Shown here: positions 27,878-37,459 of the stretch, piece by piece
Layout of the letters: every line of letters begins with the position of its first letter
Numbering within the stretch: the stretch's first letter is position 1
NCBI GenBank assembly: GCA_040263955.1
Contig: JBDQJG010000001.1
Location: 1 to 50,567, forward strand
Direction: 5' to 3'
Source: Verrucomicrobiales bacterium
GTDB taxonomy: Bacteria > Verrucomicrobiota > Verrucomicrobiia > Verrucomicrobiales > DEV007
Length of the DNA: 50,567 nt
Program-made: the position numbers and the translations under genes
The notes under the pieces: model-generated
What the model saw: only the letters and a program-made list of their open reading frames with translations
What the model was told of the DNA's origin: nothing
Databases searched by the model: none

Positions 27878-30655
27878 TCAGGTCACCAGCGTCTGGATGG
27901 TTTCCTCGAGGTCCTTCATCTGTTTGCGATCATCCAGCGGCTTGCCCGATGCGTCCCAGATATAGATCGTATCTACCGCCGCGCCACGCTCGGTGTTGAT
28001 GCGGGCATGGCAGACCTCGCAACGGAAACCCGCGATGGCGGAAAAAATGTCGTGCAACAGACCGATCCGGTCAGCAGCCTGAATCTCGATGAGTGTGTGA
28101 CGCCCGTTGGGATCATTGCGAACGACGACCCTCGTCGGAATATGCAGTTCCTCGTGCACCGCGGCGCGCGCCGAAGCGACCGCTTTTTTGATCAGGGGCT
28201 GAAAGGAAAACTTCTTCACCTTGATCGACTCGCTGAAGGTTTTCTCAACCGCTGCCATTGTGGAGGTATTTTCCACCGGGGTGTAATCTGCACGACAGAC
28301 CCTGAACAGGTCGAGCACGACATCATCCTTTCTGCGGAACAGATCGGCAGCGATGATATTGATGCCGTTCGCCGCCAGCGCACCCGACACCCTGGCCAGC
28401 AGAAAACTCTGGTTCCAGCTCGCCACCCGCAGTTCCGTCCACCCCTTATCCGGCTCCGGCTGCCATTCGAATACCGGCTGCAGCACATCGAGGCAATCCT
28501 CGATCTCCCGCGAGAGGCTCTCGAAGAACTTTCGGAACAGCCTGATATGAGACACCACGGTCTTGGACGAGCGGAAATTGAAATAGCGCGGTGGCATGCC
28601 GAAAAAATGCGCCTCAATTTCCGCCCCATAATTCTCCGCCATTTTTGCTTCCACCTTCTCCCGCAGCTCGCTCTTGGCCTCCGACAAGCCCCGCGCGAAG
28701 CTCTCGCTGTCCCTCAGGTAATCTCGCGTCGTGCGGTGCAACTGCAGGATCAGCGACTCCTTCCAACCCGTCCAACCCTCCTCGCTGGTTCCTCTCGAAT
28801 CGACGTAGGTAAAAAGCAACAGCAGGTCGAGGCGCTCCTTGGACCCGCAGATCCTGCCGAATTCGGCCACCACCTCGGAGTCCTCGATATTTCGTGTCGT
28901 TGCGGTCCGGTAGAAGGTCAGGTGATGATCGACCAGGAACAGGATCATCGACCGCCTCGAAGGGTGCACCCGAAACCGGTTGCAGACCTTGGCGGCAAGG
29001 AGGGCGCTGGCATCCTCGTGGTGACGTGCATTGGCCGCCCTCCCGGTGTCATGCATGATCAGGGAGAGGTAGAGGGTGAAGGGATCCTCAAGGTGATGAA
29101 ATATGTCTTGGTAGATGGCCACCGAGCGGTCATCCTCACCTACCAAGCCGTCGAGCACCTCGATCGTTTTCAAGGTGTGCTCATCAGCGGTGTAGCGGTG
29201 GAAAAACTCGTGCTGCACGAGACAGGTCAAGGCTCCGAACTCGGGCATGAACCGCCCCAGAAACCCCACCCGGTGCATCTGCCGAAGACTCCAAGCCACG
29301 CTGCCCTTGCTCGACAGAATCGCCTCGAAAGTCTCCCTGTTGGCACGGTTGTAGCGGTACGTCTTATTCACCATCGCGAAACTGGCCTGCACCAGGTCGA
29401 TCAGTTCCGGGCTCATCCTCAAGCCTCGAATCTGGGTATGGCGAAAAAGCCGCATCAGGCGGCCGGGATCCTCATCGAAAATATCCGGGCTGGATGCATA
29501 TGCCCGATTGTTCTCGGCGTAAAAGCCATCGAATTCCTCCCGCCCTCGCCAGGCAAGCGTCAACGCACCAAGCCGGTGCATTCCCCAGGCATTGCTCCTG
29601 CTCTCCAGCTTGAAGCGATCGAGCACTTCATTGCTGCGCATGAACAGGTTCGTAGTGTGCTGGTAGTAGTCCCTCATGAAGGACTCGCAGCGGCGCAGGA
29701 TCGTGGGCTGCGGGTAACCCATCGCGGTGGCGACCACGCCCTGTAATCGCAGGGTCAGCACATCAGTTGCATGCTTCTCCGCATAGTGCAGGTGGTTGCG
29801 CACGGTGAGCAGGAAATGATAGGCTTTTTCCATTTCCTGCAGGGCATTGTCACTGAGCAGCCCCTGCTTGACAAGCGTACCGAGATCGATGGAACGCAGC
29901 TTGACGTATGTCAACCAGACGCTGTTGTGGTAATCGCGCAAGCCACCTTGCCCCTCCTTGACGTTGGGTTCCTGGAGATAAATCGTCTGCGCTTTCGCAT
30001 GCTGGCTCCTGCGGTCCTCCAACCGGTCCTGCAGATAATCTTCGCCCAGCGGCACGACACACCTGCGATAAAAGGCGTCCTCCAGCTGGTGGAAAAGTTT
30101 CCTGTTTCCGGCGATGAAGCGCGACTCGATCATCGCGGTAAATACCTGGAAATCTTTTTTCGCCTGCGACAGCGACTCGCGAATCGAGCGTACCGAGTGA
30201 CCGACCTCGAAACCGATATCCCACAACAGGTAGAGCACTCTCTCGACCGCCTCATTGGTGGCCTTGGACAGGGAAGTCGTCGCCGTCTTCGAGAGAAACA
30301 GCAGATCGATGTCACTGCCCGGATTCAGCAGTCCCCGGCCATACCCTCCCACGGCAACCAGAGCGATCGGAAACTGCTCACCATCTTCCGCATCCACCTC
30401 GCCGGCAAATTGCTGAAAAGCCTCATCGAATACCTTGCCCAGAACGATGTCGAGAAGATCCGAGCGGTTGCCGGCCACCTGAAAGCCGTCCAGTCCCGCT
30501 CTGTGAGCGAGCTTGATACGATGATTTTCGATCTTCAGGAAACGCTTGAAGATCGCAAGTTGCTGAGGTCGTGTCTTGCCCTCCAGCCCGTCAAGCGAGA
30601 TCACCTCATCGGCATGAGCTGCCACCTTCGCTTGCTTCGTCTTGACGTCGTTCAC
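27878..30655 (-). CDS. glnD: Bifunctional [protein-PII] uridylyltransferase/uridylyl-removing enzyme.
   Basis: 925 aa. The nucleotidyltransferase motif is GGYGRGLLNPGSDIDLLFL. It also has an HD domain (HDTGRA) and two C-terminal ACT-like domains. Confidence 0.9.
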   Translation of the reverse strand: MNDVKTKQAKVAAHADEVISLDGLEGKTRPQQLAIFKRFLKIENHRIKLAHRAGLDGFQVAGNRSDLLDIVLGKVFDEAFQQFAGEVDAEDGEQFPIALVAVGGYGRGLLNPGSDIDLLFLSKTATTSLSKATNEAVERVLYLLWDIGFEVGHSVRSIRESLSQAKKDFQVFTAMIESRFIAGNRKLFHQLEDAFYRRCVVPLGEDYLQDRLEDRRSQHAKAQTIYLQEPNVKEGQGGLRDYHNSVWLTYVKLRSIDLGTLVKQGLLSDNALQEMEKAYHFLLTVRNHLHYAEKHATDVLTLRLQGVVATAMGYPQPTILRRCESFMRDYYQHTTNLFMRSNEVLDRFKLESRSNAWGMHRLGALTLAWRGREEFDGFYAENNRAYASSPDIFDEDPGRLMRLFRHTQIRGLRMSPELIDLVQASFAMVNKTYRYNRANRETFEAILSSKGSVAWSLRQMHRVGFLGRFMPEFGALTCLVQHEFFHRYTADEHTLKTIEVLDGLVGEDDRSVAIYQDIFHHLEDPFTLYLSLIMHDTGRAANARHHEDASALLAAKVCNRFRVHPSRRSMILFLVDHHLTFYRTATTRNIEDSEVVAEFGRICGSKERLDLLLLFTYVDSRGTSEEGWTGWKESLILQLHRTTRDYLRDSESFARGLSEAKSELREKVEAKMAENYGAEIEAHFFGMPPRYFNFRSSKTVVSHIRLFRKFFESLSREIEDCLDVLQPVFEWQPEPDKGWTELRVASWNQSFLLARVSGALAANGINIIAADLFRRKDDVVLDLFRVCRADYTPVENTSTMAAVEKTFSESIKVKKFSFQPLIKKAVASARAAVHEELHIPTRVVVRNDPNGRHTLIEIQAADRIGLLHDIFSAIAGFRCEVCHARINTERGAAVDTIYIWDASGKPLDDRKQMKDLEETIQTLVT

Positions 30656-30679
30656 CTGCCCTGTGCCGCTCGCGGTTTT

Positions 30680-31213
30680 TCAAAAGACGATAACTGACTC
30701 GACCGGCGCGCCCTCTCCCAGCATTTTCCTACCACCAAGACAAGCCAGCTCGATCAGAAAAGAAATGCCCACCACCCTGCCGCCAACTTCCTCGACCAGT
30801 CCCCGCGCCGCGCTTGCCGTGCCGCCAGTAGCCAGCAGATCATCGACAATCAATACGTTCTGCCCTGGCTTGACCGCATCGACATGGATCTCGACATGGT
30901 CCTCGCCATACTCGAGCGCATACGAGCGGCGCATGGTCCTGAAGGGCAATTTTCCCATTTTCCGCACCGGCACAAAACCAGCTTTCAAGCGCTCGGCGAC
31001 CTGCGAGGCGAAGATGAATCCTCTGGCGTCGATACCCACCACCTTGTCGACCCCGGAACTGCGGAAAGGATCGGCAAGCACATCACCGATCAACGAAAAA
31101 AGTTCCGGATCGCCAAGAAGCGGCGTAATGTCCTTGAATACAATCCCCGGCTTCGGAAAGTCGGGAACATCCCGAATCGCACCTGAGAGTTTCTCTATGG
31201 CTGTTCTGCTCAT
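30680..31213 (-). CDS. apt: Adenine phosphoribosyltransferase.
   Basis: An internal ATG at 31213 gives MSRTAIEKLSGAIRDVPDFPKPGIVFKDITPLL. The PRPP motif is VLIVDDLLATGGTA. The upstream part of the 297-aa ORF is not protein-like. Confidence 0.9.
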   Translation of the reverse strand: MSRTAIEKLSGAIRDVPDFPKPGIVFKDITPLLGDPELFSLIGDVLADPFRSSGVDKVVGIDARGFIFASQVAERLKAGFVPVRKMGKLPFRTMRRSYALEYGEDHVEIHVDAVKPGQNVLIVDDLLATGGTASAARGLVEEVGGRVVGISFLIELACLGGRKMLGEGAPVESVIVF

Positions 31214-31291
31214 TGGATCACCTCGCGTTGCAAGGAGGCTAGCACCTCGGTTGCCCGCGCGCATCCGGCGAATCTCAAGGTAATAGAAAAG

Positions 31292-32089
31292 ATGGCAATC
31301 TCGGCAAACCTGGCCTCGACCTTCCTGTGCGGCGCAGTTCTCTGCTTCCTTGCAGCAACTGCCCTGGCGATTGTCGAGCTCACTCGTGGCAACCGCCATG
31401 CCCGGACTCCGACCCTGCTTCTTATGGCCACGGGCTTCGTGCTGCAGACACTTTACCTGCATTACCAGGGAGAAATGCGCGGCCGCTGCCCGATCACCAC
31501 ACTGCCGGAGATCCTCATTTTCCTGAGTTGGAGTACGGTTCTGCTCTATTTCATGGTCGGCCAGGCCTTTCACCTCTCGCTGCTCGGAGTGTTCACCGCC
31601 CCGCTGGTCGCCGGATTCACCCTCATCGGACTCGCCGGCGGCGCGGTAACAAAGATCCCCACACCCCCGCTAAATCCTGTCGACCCGTGGCTTGAAGCCC
31701 ACGCCTCGGTATCCATCATCTCCTACGGAGCATTCACCCTCGCCACGGTAGCGGCAACGATGTTCCTGGTGCAGCACAAACTGCTCAAATCCCGCAAGCT
31801 CACGCAGCTTTTCTACAACCTGCCATCGGTCAACTATCTCGCCAAAGCACTCAAACGACTCATCGTCACCGGCTTTGCCCTGCTCTCAATCGGTATTGCG
31901 ACCGCATTTCTGCTACACACCTTCCCCGGCTGGAGCAAGATCCTGCTGGCCTCTTCAGTCTGGTTGGCATACGGAGCCCTGCTGCTTGTCGATCGCTGCA
32001 GGCGGATGTCTCCCAGGGACCTCGCACGCGCCTCGCTCTGGCTGTTTGCTCTTCCCATCATTACCCTCGGCCTGCTCGGCCGGAGTTAA
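31292..32089 (+). CDS. CcsA/HemX-like cytochrome c assembly family membrane protein.
   Basis: Eight-TM-like protein directly upstream of hemA, a common arrangement. It contains WLEAHASVSIISYGAF. Confidence 0.6.
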   Translation: MAISANLASTFLCGAVLCFLAATALAIVELTRGNRHARTPTLLLMATGFVLQTLYLHYQGEMRGRCPITTLPEILIFLSWSTVLLYFMVGQAFHLSLLGVFTAPLVAGFTLIGLAGGAVTKIPTPPLNPVDPWLEAHASVSIISYGAFTLATVAATMFLVQHKLLKSRKLTQLFYNLPSVNYLAKALKRLIVTGFALLSIGIATAFLLHTFPGWSKILLASSVWLAYGALLLVDRCRRMSPRDLARASLWLFALPIITLGLLGRS

Positions 32090-32094
32090 TCGTC

Positions 32095-33120
32095 ATGTCT
32101 CTGGTCTGCGTAGGCATCAATCACCAACTCGCCCCCGTCGACCTGCGGGAGCGCTTCGCCGTACCGGAGCATTCGGTAGCGGACGTTCTCGAGCGCATCA
32201 GAGAATCATCGCAACTGGAAGAATGCGTTGTCGTTTCCACCTGCAATCGGGTGGAATTCTATGCGTCCGCGGACACCACTCCCACGGTGGGCAACTGCAC
32301 CGAGAAAATTGCCGGTTTCGTCCGAGAGAATGTCTCCGCCCAAGGCAGCACCCACACCGAAATTCCCCTCTACACCCACGAGGGAATCAACGCGGCCCGA
32401 CACCTCTTCCGAGTCGCCTCGGGGCTCGATTCCATGGTCCTGGGTGAAACCGAAATCTTCGGTCAGCTCAAGCGGGCATATCATCTCGCTCAACGACAGG
32501 GCGCCACCCGTGGGGCCCTCAATCGCCTCTTCCAGAGCGCTTTCCGCGTTGGCAAGCGCGTTCGCTCGGAAACCGATATCCAGCGTGGTGCGACTTCGGT
32601 CGGCTCGGTCGCAGTCGACCTGGCAGAGAAAATCTTCGGCAATCTGGATGCCTGCCGCGTCCTGATCCTCGGCGCTGGTGAGATCAGCCGCACCACCACC
32701 AAGAGCCTCGCTTCACGGGGAGTCCAGGATATCACCGTCGCCAACCGCTCGATCGAGAAAGCCCTCGAACTGGCCAGCGCGATGGGCGGCCGTGCCCTCG
32801 CCTTCAACGACTGGTCGAACTGCCTGAACTCAATCGATATCGTCCTGTCATCGACATCCGCCGCGCAATACGTTGTCACCCCGGAAGCGATCCGTGCAGC
32901 GATGGCCCGAAGAAAAGGCAATCCGCTCTTTCTCATCGACCTCGCAGTTCCCAGGGACATCGACCCTGCTATCGAGACACTCGACAACGTCTACCTCTAC
33001 GATATTGACGCCCTGCAAAGCACCGCCTCACGGGCACGCAAACTCCGAGAGAGGCAGATCGCCATCTGCGAACAGGTAATCGAGGAAGAGGCCCGCGACT
33101 TCTTCCGAAGACTCAGCTAG
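32095..33120 (+). CDS. hemA: Glutamyl-tRNA reductase. Short form of 341 aa.
   Basis: MSLVCVGINHQLAPVDLRE, the catalytic VSTCNRVEFY, and the NADPH motif ILGAGEISR. Confidence 0.9.
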   Translation: MSLVCVGINHQLAPVDLRERFAVPEHSVADVLERIRESSQLEECVVVSTCNRVEFYASADTTPTVGNCTEKIAGFVRENVSAQGSTHTEIPLYTHEGINAARHLFRVASGLDSMVLGETEIFGQLKRAYHLAQRQGATRGALNRLFQSAFRVGKRVRSETDIQRGATSVGSVAVDLAEKIFGNLDACRVLILGAGEISRTTTKSLASRGVQDITVANRSIEKALELASAMGGRALAFNDWSNCLNSIDIVLSSTSAAQYVVTPEAIRAAMARRKGNPLFLIDLAVPRDIDPAIETLDNVYLYDIDALQSTASRARKLRERQIAICEQVIEEEARDFFRRLS

Positions 33121-33146
33121 TCTGCGCACTCACAACAGTTCCAATC

Positions 33147-34286
33147 ATGGCTTCGAGAATTTTGAAAATAGGCACGCGCGGCAGCGCCCTCGCTCTCGCC
33201 CAGGCGGAGATGGTGGAGTGCGCCCTGGCAGCAGCCTACCCGGAGCTGGAACTCGAGCGGGTGATTGTGAAAACCGTCGGCGACAAGCGCACGGACCTGC
33301 GCTTCTCGGAATTCGGTGCGAAGGGAGAGGCCATCGTCGATAAGGGAATCTTCACCAAGGAACTGGAAGAAGCCCTCGCCGCAGGAGACATCGATATCGC
33401 CGTTCACTCCCTCAAAGACGTTCCCACCGATCTCCCTGAAGGATTCTCGATTCCCTGTGTCCTGCCTCGCGCCGCCATCGAGGATGTCCTCATCAGTCGT
33501 CATTCCGGAGGCATCGAGCAACTTCCCGACCAGGCGCGCATCGGCACGAGCAGCGTCCGACGCATTCGGCAACTGTTGCATTTCCGCCCGGATCTCCAGC
33601 CGGTCGAGATCCGCGGCAACGTGCCGACTCGTATTCGCAAGCTCCTCGATGACCAGCAGAACCTTGATGCCATCCTGCTGGCCCGTGCTGGCCTCGAGCG
33701 ACTTGGTATTCTCGGTAAAAACGCCGCCCTCGAATATTGGATTCTTCCCCCCGAGCAGTTCCTGCCCGCTGCCTCCCAGGGAGCAGTGGGCATCGAAGTC
33801 CACGTGCGATCAGGCGAGGAAATTCCCGCCCTGCTGCAAGCAATCCACTGCCCGGAAACCGGCGACCAGATCACCGCCGAGCGCGCCTTTCTGGCCGCTC
33901 TGGGTGCCGGCTGCACGACCCCGATCGGCCTTTGCTCTTCGCTCCACGAAGACAGCCAACAGATCACGCTGCTGGCGCGGGTGTTTTCCGACGATCCCGA
34001 TACGGATGGCGCCAATTGTCCGGCCGAAGGACAAGCTACCGGGCTACGCAGCAATCCGCAGCAGCTTGCCTCCGACCTGCTCAGCGTTCTTTCCCATGAG
34101 TTCACTTTCCACAACAAAAAAAGGCATCTGCTACCTGATCGGCGCCGGACCCGGCGATCCTGGACTACTGACACTGCGCGGTCGCGAGTGTCTCGAAATG
34201 GCCGATGTCTTGGTCTACGATTATCTGTGCAATCCTCAATTACTCGCCTGGGCGAAGTCGGGTGCCGAGAAAATCTATGTCGGTAA
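33147..34286 (+). CDS. hemC: Hydroxymethylbilane synthase (porphobilinogen deaminase). Its frame stays open 190 nt into the next gene.
   Basis: KIGTRGSALALAQA and GNVPTRIRKL are present. Family similarity ends near codon 316. The last 63 codons are Arg-rich out-of-frame cobA sequence. Confidence 0.85.
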   Translation: MASRILKIGTRGSALALAQAEMVECALAAAYPELELERVIVKTVGDKRTDLRFSEFGAKGEAIVDKGIFTKELEEALAAGDIDIAVHSLKDVPTDLPEGFSIPCVLPRAAIEDVLISRHSGGIEQLPDQARIGTSSVRRIRQLLHFRPDLQPVEIRGNVPTRIRKLLDDQQNLDAILLARAGLERLGILGKNAALEYWILPPEQFLPAASQGAVGIEVHVRSGEEIPALLQAIHCPETGDQITAERAFLAALGAGCTTPIGLCSSLHEDSQQITLLARVFSDDPDTDGANCPAEGQATGLRSNPQQLASDLLSVLSHEFTFHNKKRHLLPDRRRTRRSWTTDTARSRVSRNGRCLGLRLSVQSSITRLGEVGCRENLCR

Positions 34287-35631
34287 AAAGGCCGGCGATC
34301 ACACCCTGAGTCAGGAGGAAATCAATGCCCTGATTGTCGCCCGCGCCCGTGACGGAAAAATCGTCGCACGCCTCAAGGGAGGCGACCCACTCATCTTCGG
34401 CCGCGGTGGCGAGGAAGCCGAAGAACTGCGAGCGGCAGGCATCGCATTCGAACTGGTTCCCGGAATCAGCTCGACCATTGCCGGTCCCGCCTATGCCGGC
34501 ATCCCGGTAACCCACCGAGCCTGCAACACGCAACTGACAATCTTTACCGGGCACGAGGACCCGACCAAGCAGGATACCACGGTCGACTACGGCCAGATCG
34601 CCAGAGCACCCGGCACCAAGGTGATGCTCATGGGCGTTTCGCGTCTGCGCGAGATCACCGCCGAGCTGGTGGCTCAGGGCATGCCCGCTGACGAACCCGC
34701 CGCACTGATTCGCTGGGCCACCACCGGACGCCAGCAAACCCTGGTGGCGACTGTCGGAACCCTTGCCGAAGCCTGCGAAAAAGCCGGTCTCAAGGCTCCC
34801 TGCGTCTGCGTGATCGGGGAAGTTGTCAGGTTCCACGACACCATCAACTGGTTCGAAGAACGCCCGCTCTTCGGCAAACGCATCGTGGTCACCCGTACCC
34901 GCAAACAAGCCAGCGAGTTGTCCAAACTGCTCGGTGACCTCGGCGCCGATGTCATTGAGTTACCCACCATCCGCATCGACCCCACACCCGACCGCGAGGA
35001 GTTCTTTCACTGCGTCCACGAGGCCCACACCTACGACTGGCTCATCTTCACCAGCCCGAATGCCGTCGACGCCTTCTTCGATGCCTTCTTCCGGATCTAC
35101 GACGATGCCCGCTCGATCGGCTACACCCGCATCGCCGTGGTGGGACCAGGCACCGAGAAAGCCGTCAACCGCTACCACCTGGCGGCCGACCTCATGCCCG
35201 AGGAAGGAGACTACGTCGCTGAGGGTCTGACCCGGGCCTTCGACCGCGAGGGTATCTCGCTCGACAGCCTCAAATGCTTGTGGATCAAGGGTGAACAGAC
35301 CCGCGAAGTGATCGACGACTACATGAAGGAAAAGAACGCCATCCTCGACCTGGCGATCGCCTACCGCACCGTGCCGGAAACCGAGGACCCCACCGGCGGG
35401 CAAGCGCGTTTCCGGGAAGAAGGCGCCGACATCATCACCTTCACCAGTGCCCTCACCGTCGAGTGCTTCCTCGACCTCGGGCTCTCGATTCCCGATGACT
35501 GCCTGATCGCCAGCATGGGCCCGATTACCTCGGAGCAGATCCGCGAAAACGGCTACGAGGTGGACATCGAGCCCGCCCAGAGCACGATCCCTGATTTTGT
35601 CGATGCAATTGTCGAACACGTCACCCCATAG
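34096..35631 (+). CDS. cobA: Fused uroporphyrinogen-III C-methyltransferase / uroporphyrinogen-III synthase.
   Basis: The ATG at 34096 gives MSSLSTTKKGICYLIGAGPGDPGLLTLRG...ADVLVYDYL (CobA). A HemD-like half follows (GKRIVVTRTRKQASEL...). The 771-aa track ORF from 33316 is an out-of-frame extension over hemC. Confidence 0.85.
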   Translation: MSSLSTTKKGICYLIGAGPGDPGLLTLRGRECLEMADVLVYDYLCNPQLLAWAKSGAEKIYVGKKAGDHTLSQEEINALIVARARDGKIVARLKGGDPLIFGRGGEEAEELRAAGIAFELVPGISSTIAGPAYAGIPVTHRACNTQLTIFTGHEDPTKQDTTVDYGQIARAPGTKVMLMGVSRLREITAELVAQGMPADEPAALIRWATTGRQQTLVATVGTLAEACEKAGLKAPCVCVIGEVVRFHDTINWFEERPLFGKRIVVTRTRKQASELSKLLGDLGADVIELPTIRIDPTPDREEFFHCVHEAHTYDWLIFTSPNAVDAFFDAFFRIYDDARSIGYTRIAVVGPGTEKAVNRYHLAADLMPEEGDYVAEGLTRAFDREGISLDSLKCLWIKGEQTREVIDDYMKEKNAILDLAIAYRTVPETEDPTGGQARFREEGADIITFTSALTVECFLDLGLSIPDDCLIASMGPITSEQIRENGYEVDIEPAQSTIPDFVDAIVEHVTP

Positions 35632-35678
35632 GCGGCCGACACCGCTGGCGACAACCGCTCGCGCGCCTGCCTCAACTC

Positions 35679-36203
35679 CTACCCGCCCGCACCGTCGCGT
35701 GCATCTTCGGACGCGTCCACAGCCTCCGGGTTTCGGGGCAGCCTATCCTTCAAGAGGATGGTGATATCTTCGAGGTAAGGCCAATTCCCCGCCGGCTGAA
35801 TAGCCACGAACTCAATCTTGTTCCCGCCCCTGTAACGCAGGGTGCCATACCCGATCCCGTTGATGATTTTGGAAATGCGACCACTGGTCTTGGAATGAAA
35901 GACGAGACTGTCGGACTCGCCTCCCACGCTTTCAACCTCAATGGCGAGCAGTTCGTCCGGCCACTGCTGCTTCTCGAGGGCGGCGAGCATCCCGAACACG
36001 GTATCCGACTCGTTTGCCGCGACCTCGACCCGGTCGATGAGCTCGCCGTGGACCCGCTCGATGTTCTCGACCGTAATGTGGGCCGGCATTTCCAGCACCT
36101 TGCCGACCGCCGCCACCATGTCACCGCTCCTGCTCACGAGCCAGAAGATCCCGGTGCCGAGAAGGCCCACGACCAATGCGGCAAGCAGGAAACAGCTTTT
36201 CAT
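35679..36203 (-). CDS. Hypothetical membrane-anchored protein.
   Basis: The ATG at 36203 gives the anchor MKSCFLLAALVVGLLGTGIFWLV. No recognisable family. Confidence 0.4.
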   Translation of the reverse strand: MKSCFLLAALVVGLLGTGIFWLVSRSGDMVAAVGKVLEMPAHITVENIERVHGELIDRVEVAANESDTVFGMLAALEKQQWPDELLAIEVESVGGESDSLVFHSKTSGRISKIINGIGYGTLRYRGGNKIEFVAIQPAGNWPYLEDITILLKDRLPRNPEAVDASEDARDGAGG

Positions 36204-36274
36204 GCTGAGAGCCTGGAATCGGAAAGCTCCACGGGCAAGATCGCAGCGTCCTCGATCGCACCGGTGCCACAAGA

Positions 36275-37447
36275 CTAGCCGACGAACCTCTCGAGTGCCC
36301 ACCACAGGCCGGTGGCAGCGATGACCACGGAAAGCCCGACCCGCACTGCTGCGTAGGCTTTGTTACGCCACCACCGCAGCGTCAACAACCATGCCGTGAC
36401 CAGGATGAGGAGCTGGGCTGCCTCGATGCCGAGGTTCGCCAGCAGGATTCCCCTCCAGCCGGTGCCGGCGAGGCGATCGAGCAGGACGGCCGCGAAACCC
36501 ATACCGTGCAACAGGCCGAAGACGAACACCACACTCAGCCGGCGCCACGGCATCGCGATTGGCTTTCTCTCGATGGGAACCGGCCCATGCGGGTGCGCTG
36601 ACAGAAGGTTCTCGATAGCCACGAAGGCGATGCTAGCTGCGATCAGGATCTCCACTGGCCAGGTCGGTGCCAGCACCACGCCGCCCAGCACCAGCCCGAG
36701 GGTCATCGAATGAGCCACGGTAAAGGCCAGTGACTGGGCCAGCAGGCTGCGCAGGTCGCGCCGGTAAAGGAACAGCGCAAGGATGAACAGCACGTGGTCG
36801 ATACCGCCTGGAAGGACGTGAGCAAAGCCGGTGTGGAACAGCCCGCGACCACGAGCAGCATGACCACCATTGAGCCCCCCCTGTCGGCGCCAGCAGACCT
36901 CCGAGGCCCCGGGAGCCACGCTGATGAATTCCTCGGGTGCGATCTCCAGAACGAAGGTCGGCGCCCCGCTGTCGGACACCGCCCACAGCAATTCACCGGG
37001 ACCGGAAGGAAGCCGCCCCGATAGGTGCACGCGAATCGTGGCGATATCGATCCGCGATGCGGGAAAGTCGGGCGGATCGCATGCGAAATCGGGAAACACG
37101 ATGTCCTGGTCCAACGGCTGATCGCCCCAGCGCACCTCGACTGCCCCGCTCAGATATTCCTCGGCACCCGCCCGGATACGGGCGTGCCCGGCGGGCGGCA
37201 GCGCCTGCAGCCACGCCACCCGCGGTGGCGGCGCATCCTGGTCCGCTCGCATCTCTGGCAGGGCGAACCCGGCATCGAAATAAATCACCGCCTGCCACTG
37301 GTCGCGCTGCGGGGAGACTGAGAACTCCGCGTACAACTGCTCGACGACGTGCGCCCGTGCCGGGACCCCAAGGCATACGCACCACAGCAACAGCAGGGCC
37401 AGCACCGCCGGACCCGCAGAACCCGCATGCCGACCCAGCACACTCAT
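36275..37447 (-). CDS. HupE/UreJ-family membrane protein with an N-terminal periplasmic extension of about 190 aa.
   Basis: HVLPGGIDHVLFILALFL and LLHGMGFA are HupE/UreJ-like. The N-terminal signal is LALLLLWCVCLGVPARA. Confidence 0.65.
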   Translation of the reverse strand: MSVLGRHAGSAGPAVLALLLLWCVCLGVPARAHVVEQLYAEFSVSPQRDQWQAVIYFDAGFALPEMRADQDAPPPRVAWLQALPPAGHARIRAGAEEYLSGAVEVRWGDQPLDQDIVFPDFACDPPDFPASRIDIATIRVHLSGRLPSGPGELLWAVSDSGAPTFVLEIAPEEFISVAPGASEVCWRRQGGLNGGHAARGRGLFHTGFAHVLPGGIDHVLFILALFLYRRDLRSLLAQSLAFTVAHSMTLGLVLGGVVLAPTWPVEILIAASIAFVAIENLLSAHPHGPVPIERKPIAMPWRRLSVVFVFGLLHGMGFAAVLLDRLAGTGWRGILLANLGIEAAQLLILVTAWLLTLRWWRNKAYAAVRVGLSVVIAATGLWWALERFVG

Positions 37448-37459
37448 GACATGCCCGCC

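Noticed and set aside
28007-29746. A 579-aa ORF antisense to glnD, plus the 308-aa ORF at 29771-30697.
   Set aside because: glnD is continuous and motif-rich on the minus strand. The plus-strand products have no recognisable features.
33316-34095. The N-terminal 260 codons of the 771-aa ORF in the track.
   Set aside because: This part is an alternative frame over hemC with a junk-like Ser/Pro/Arg-rich translation. CobA similarity starts only at the ATG at 34096.
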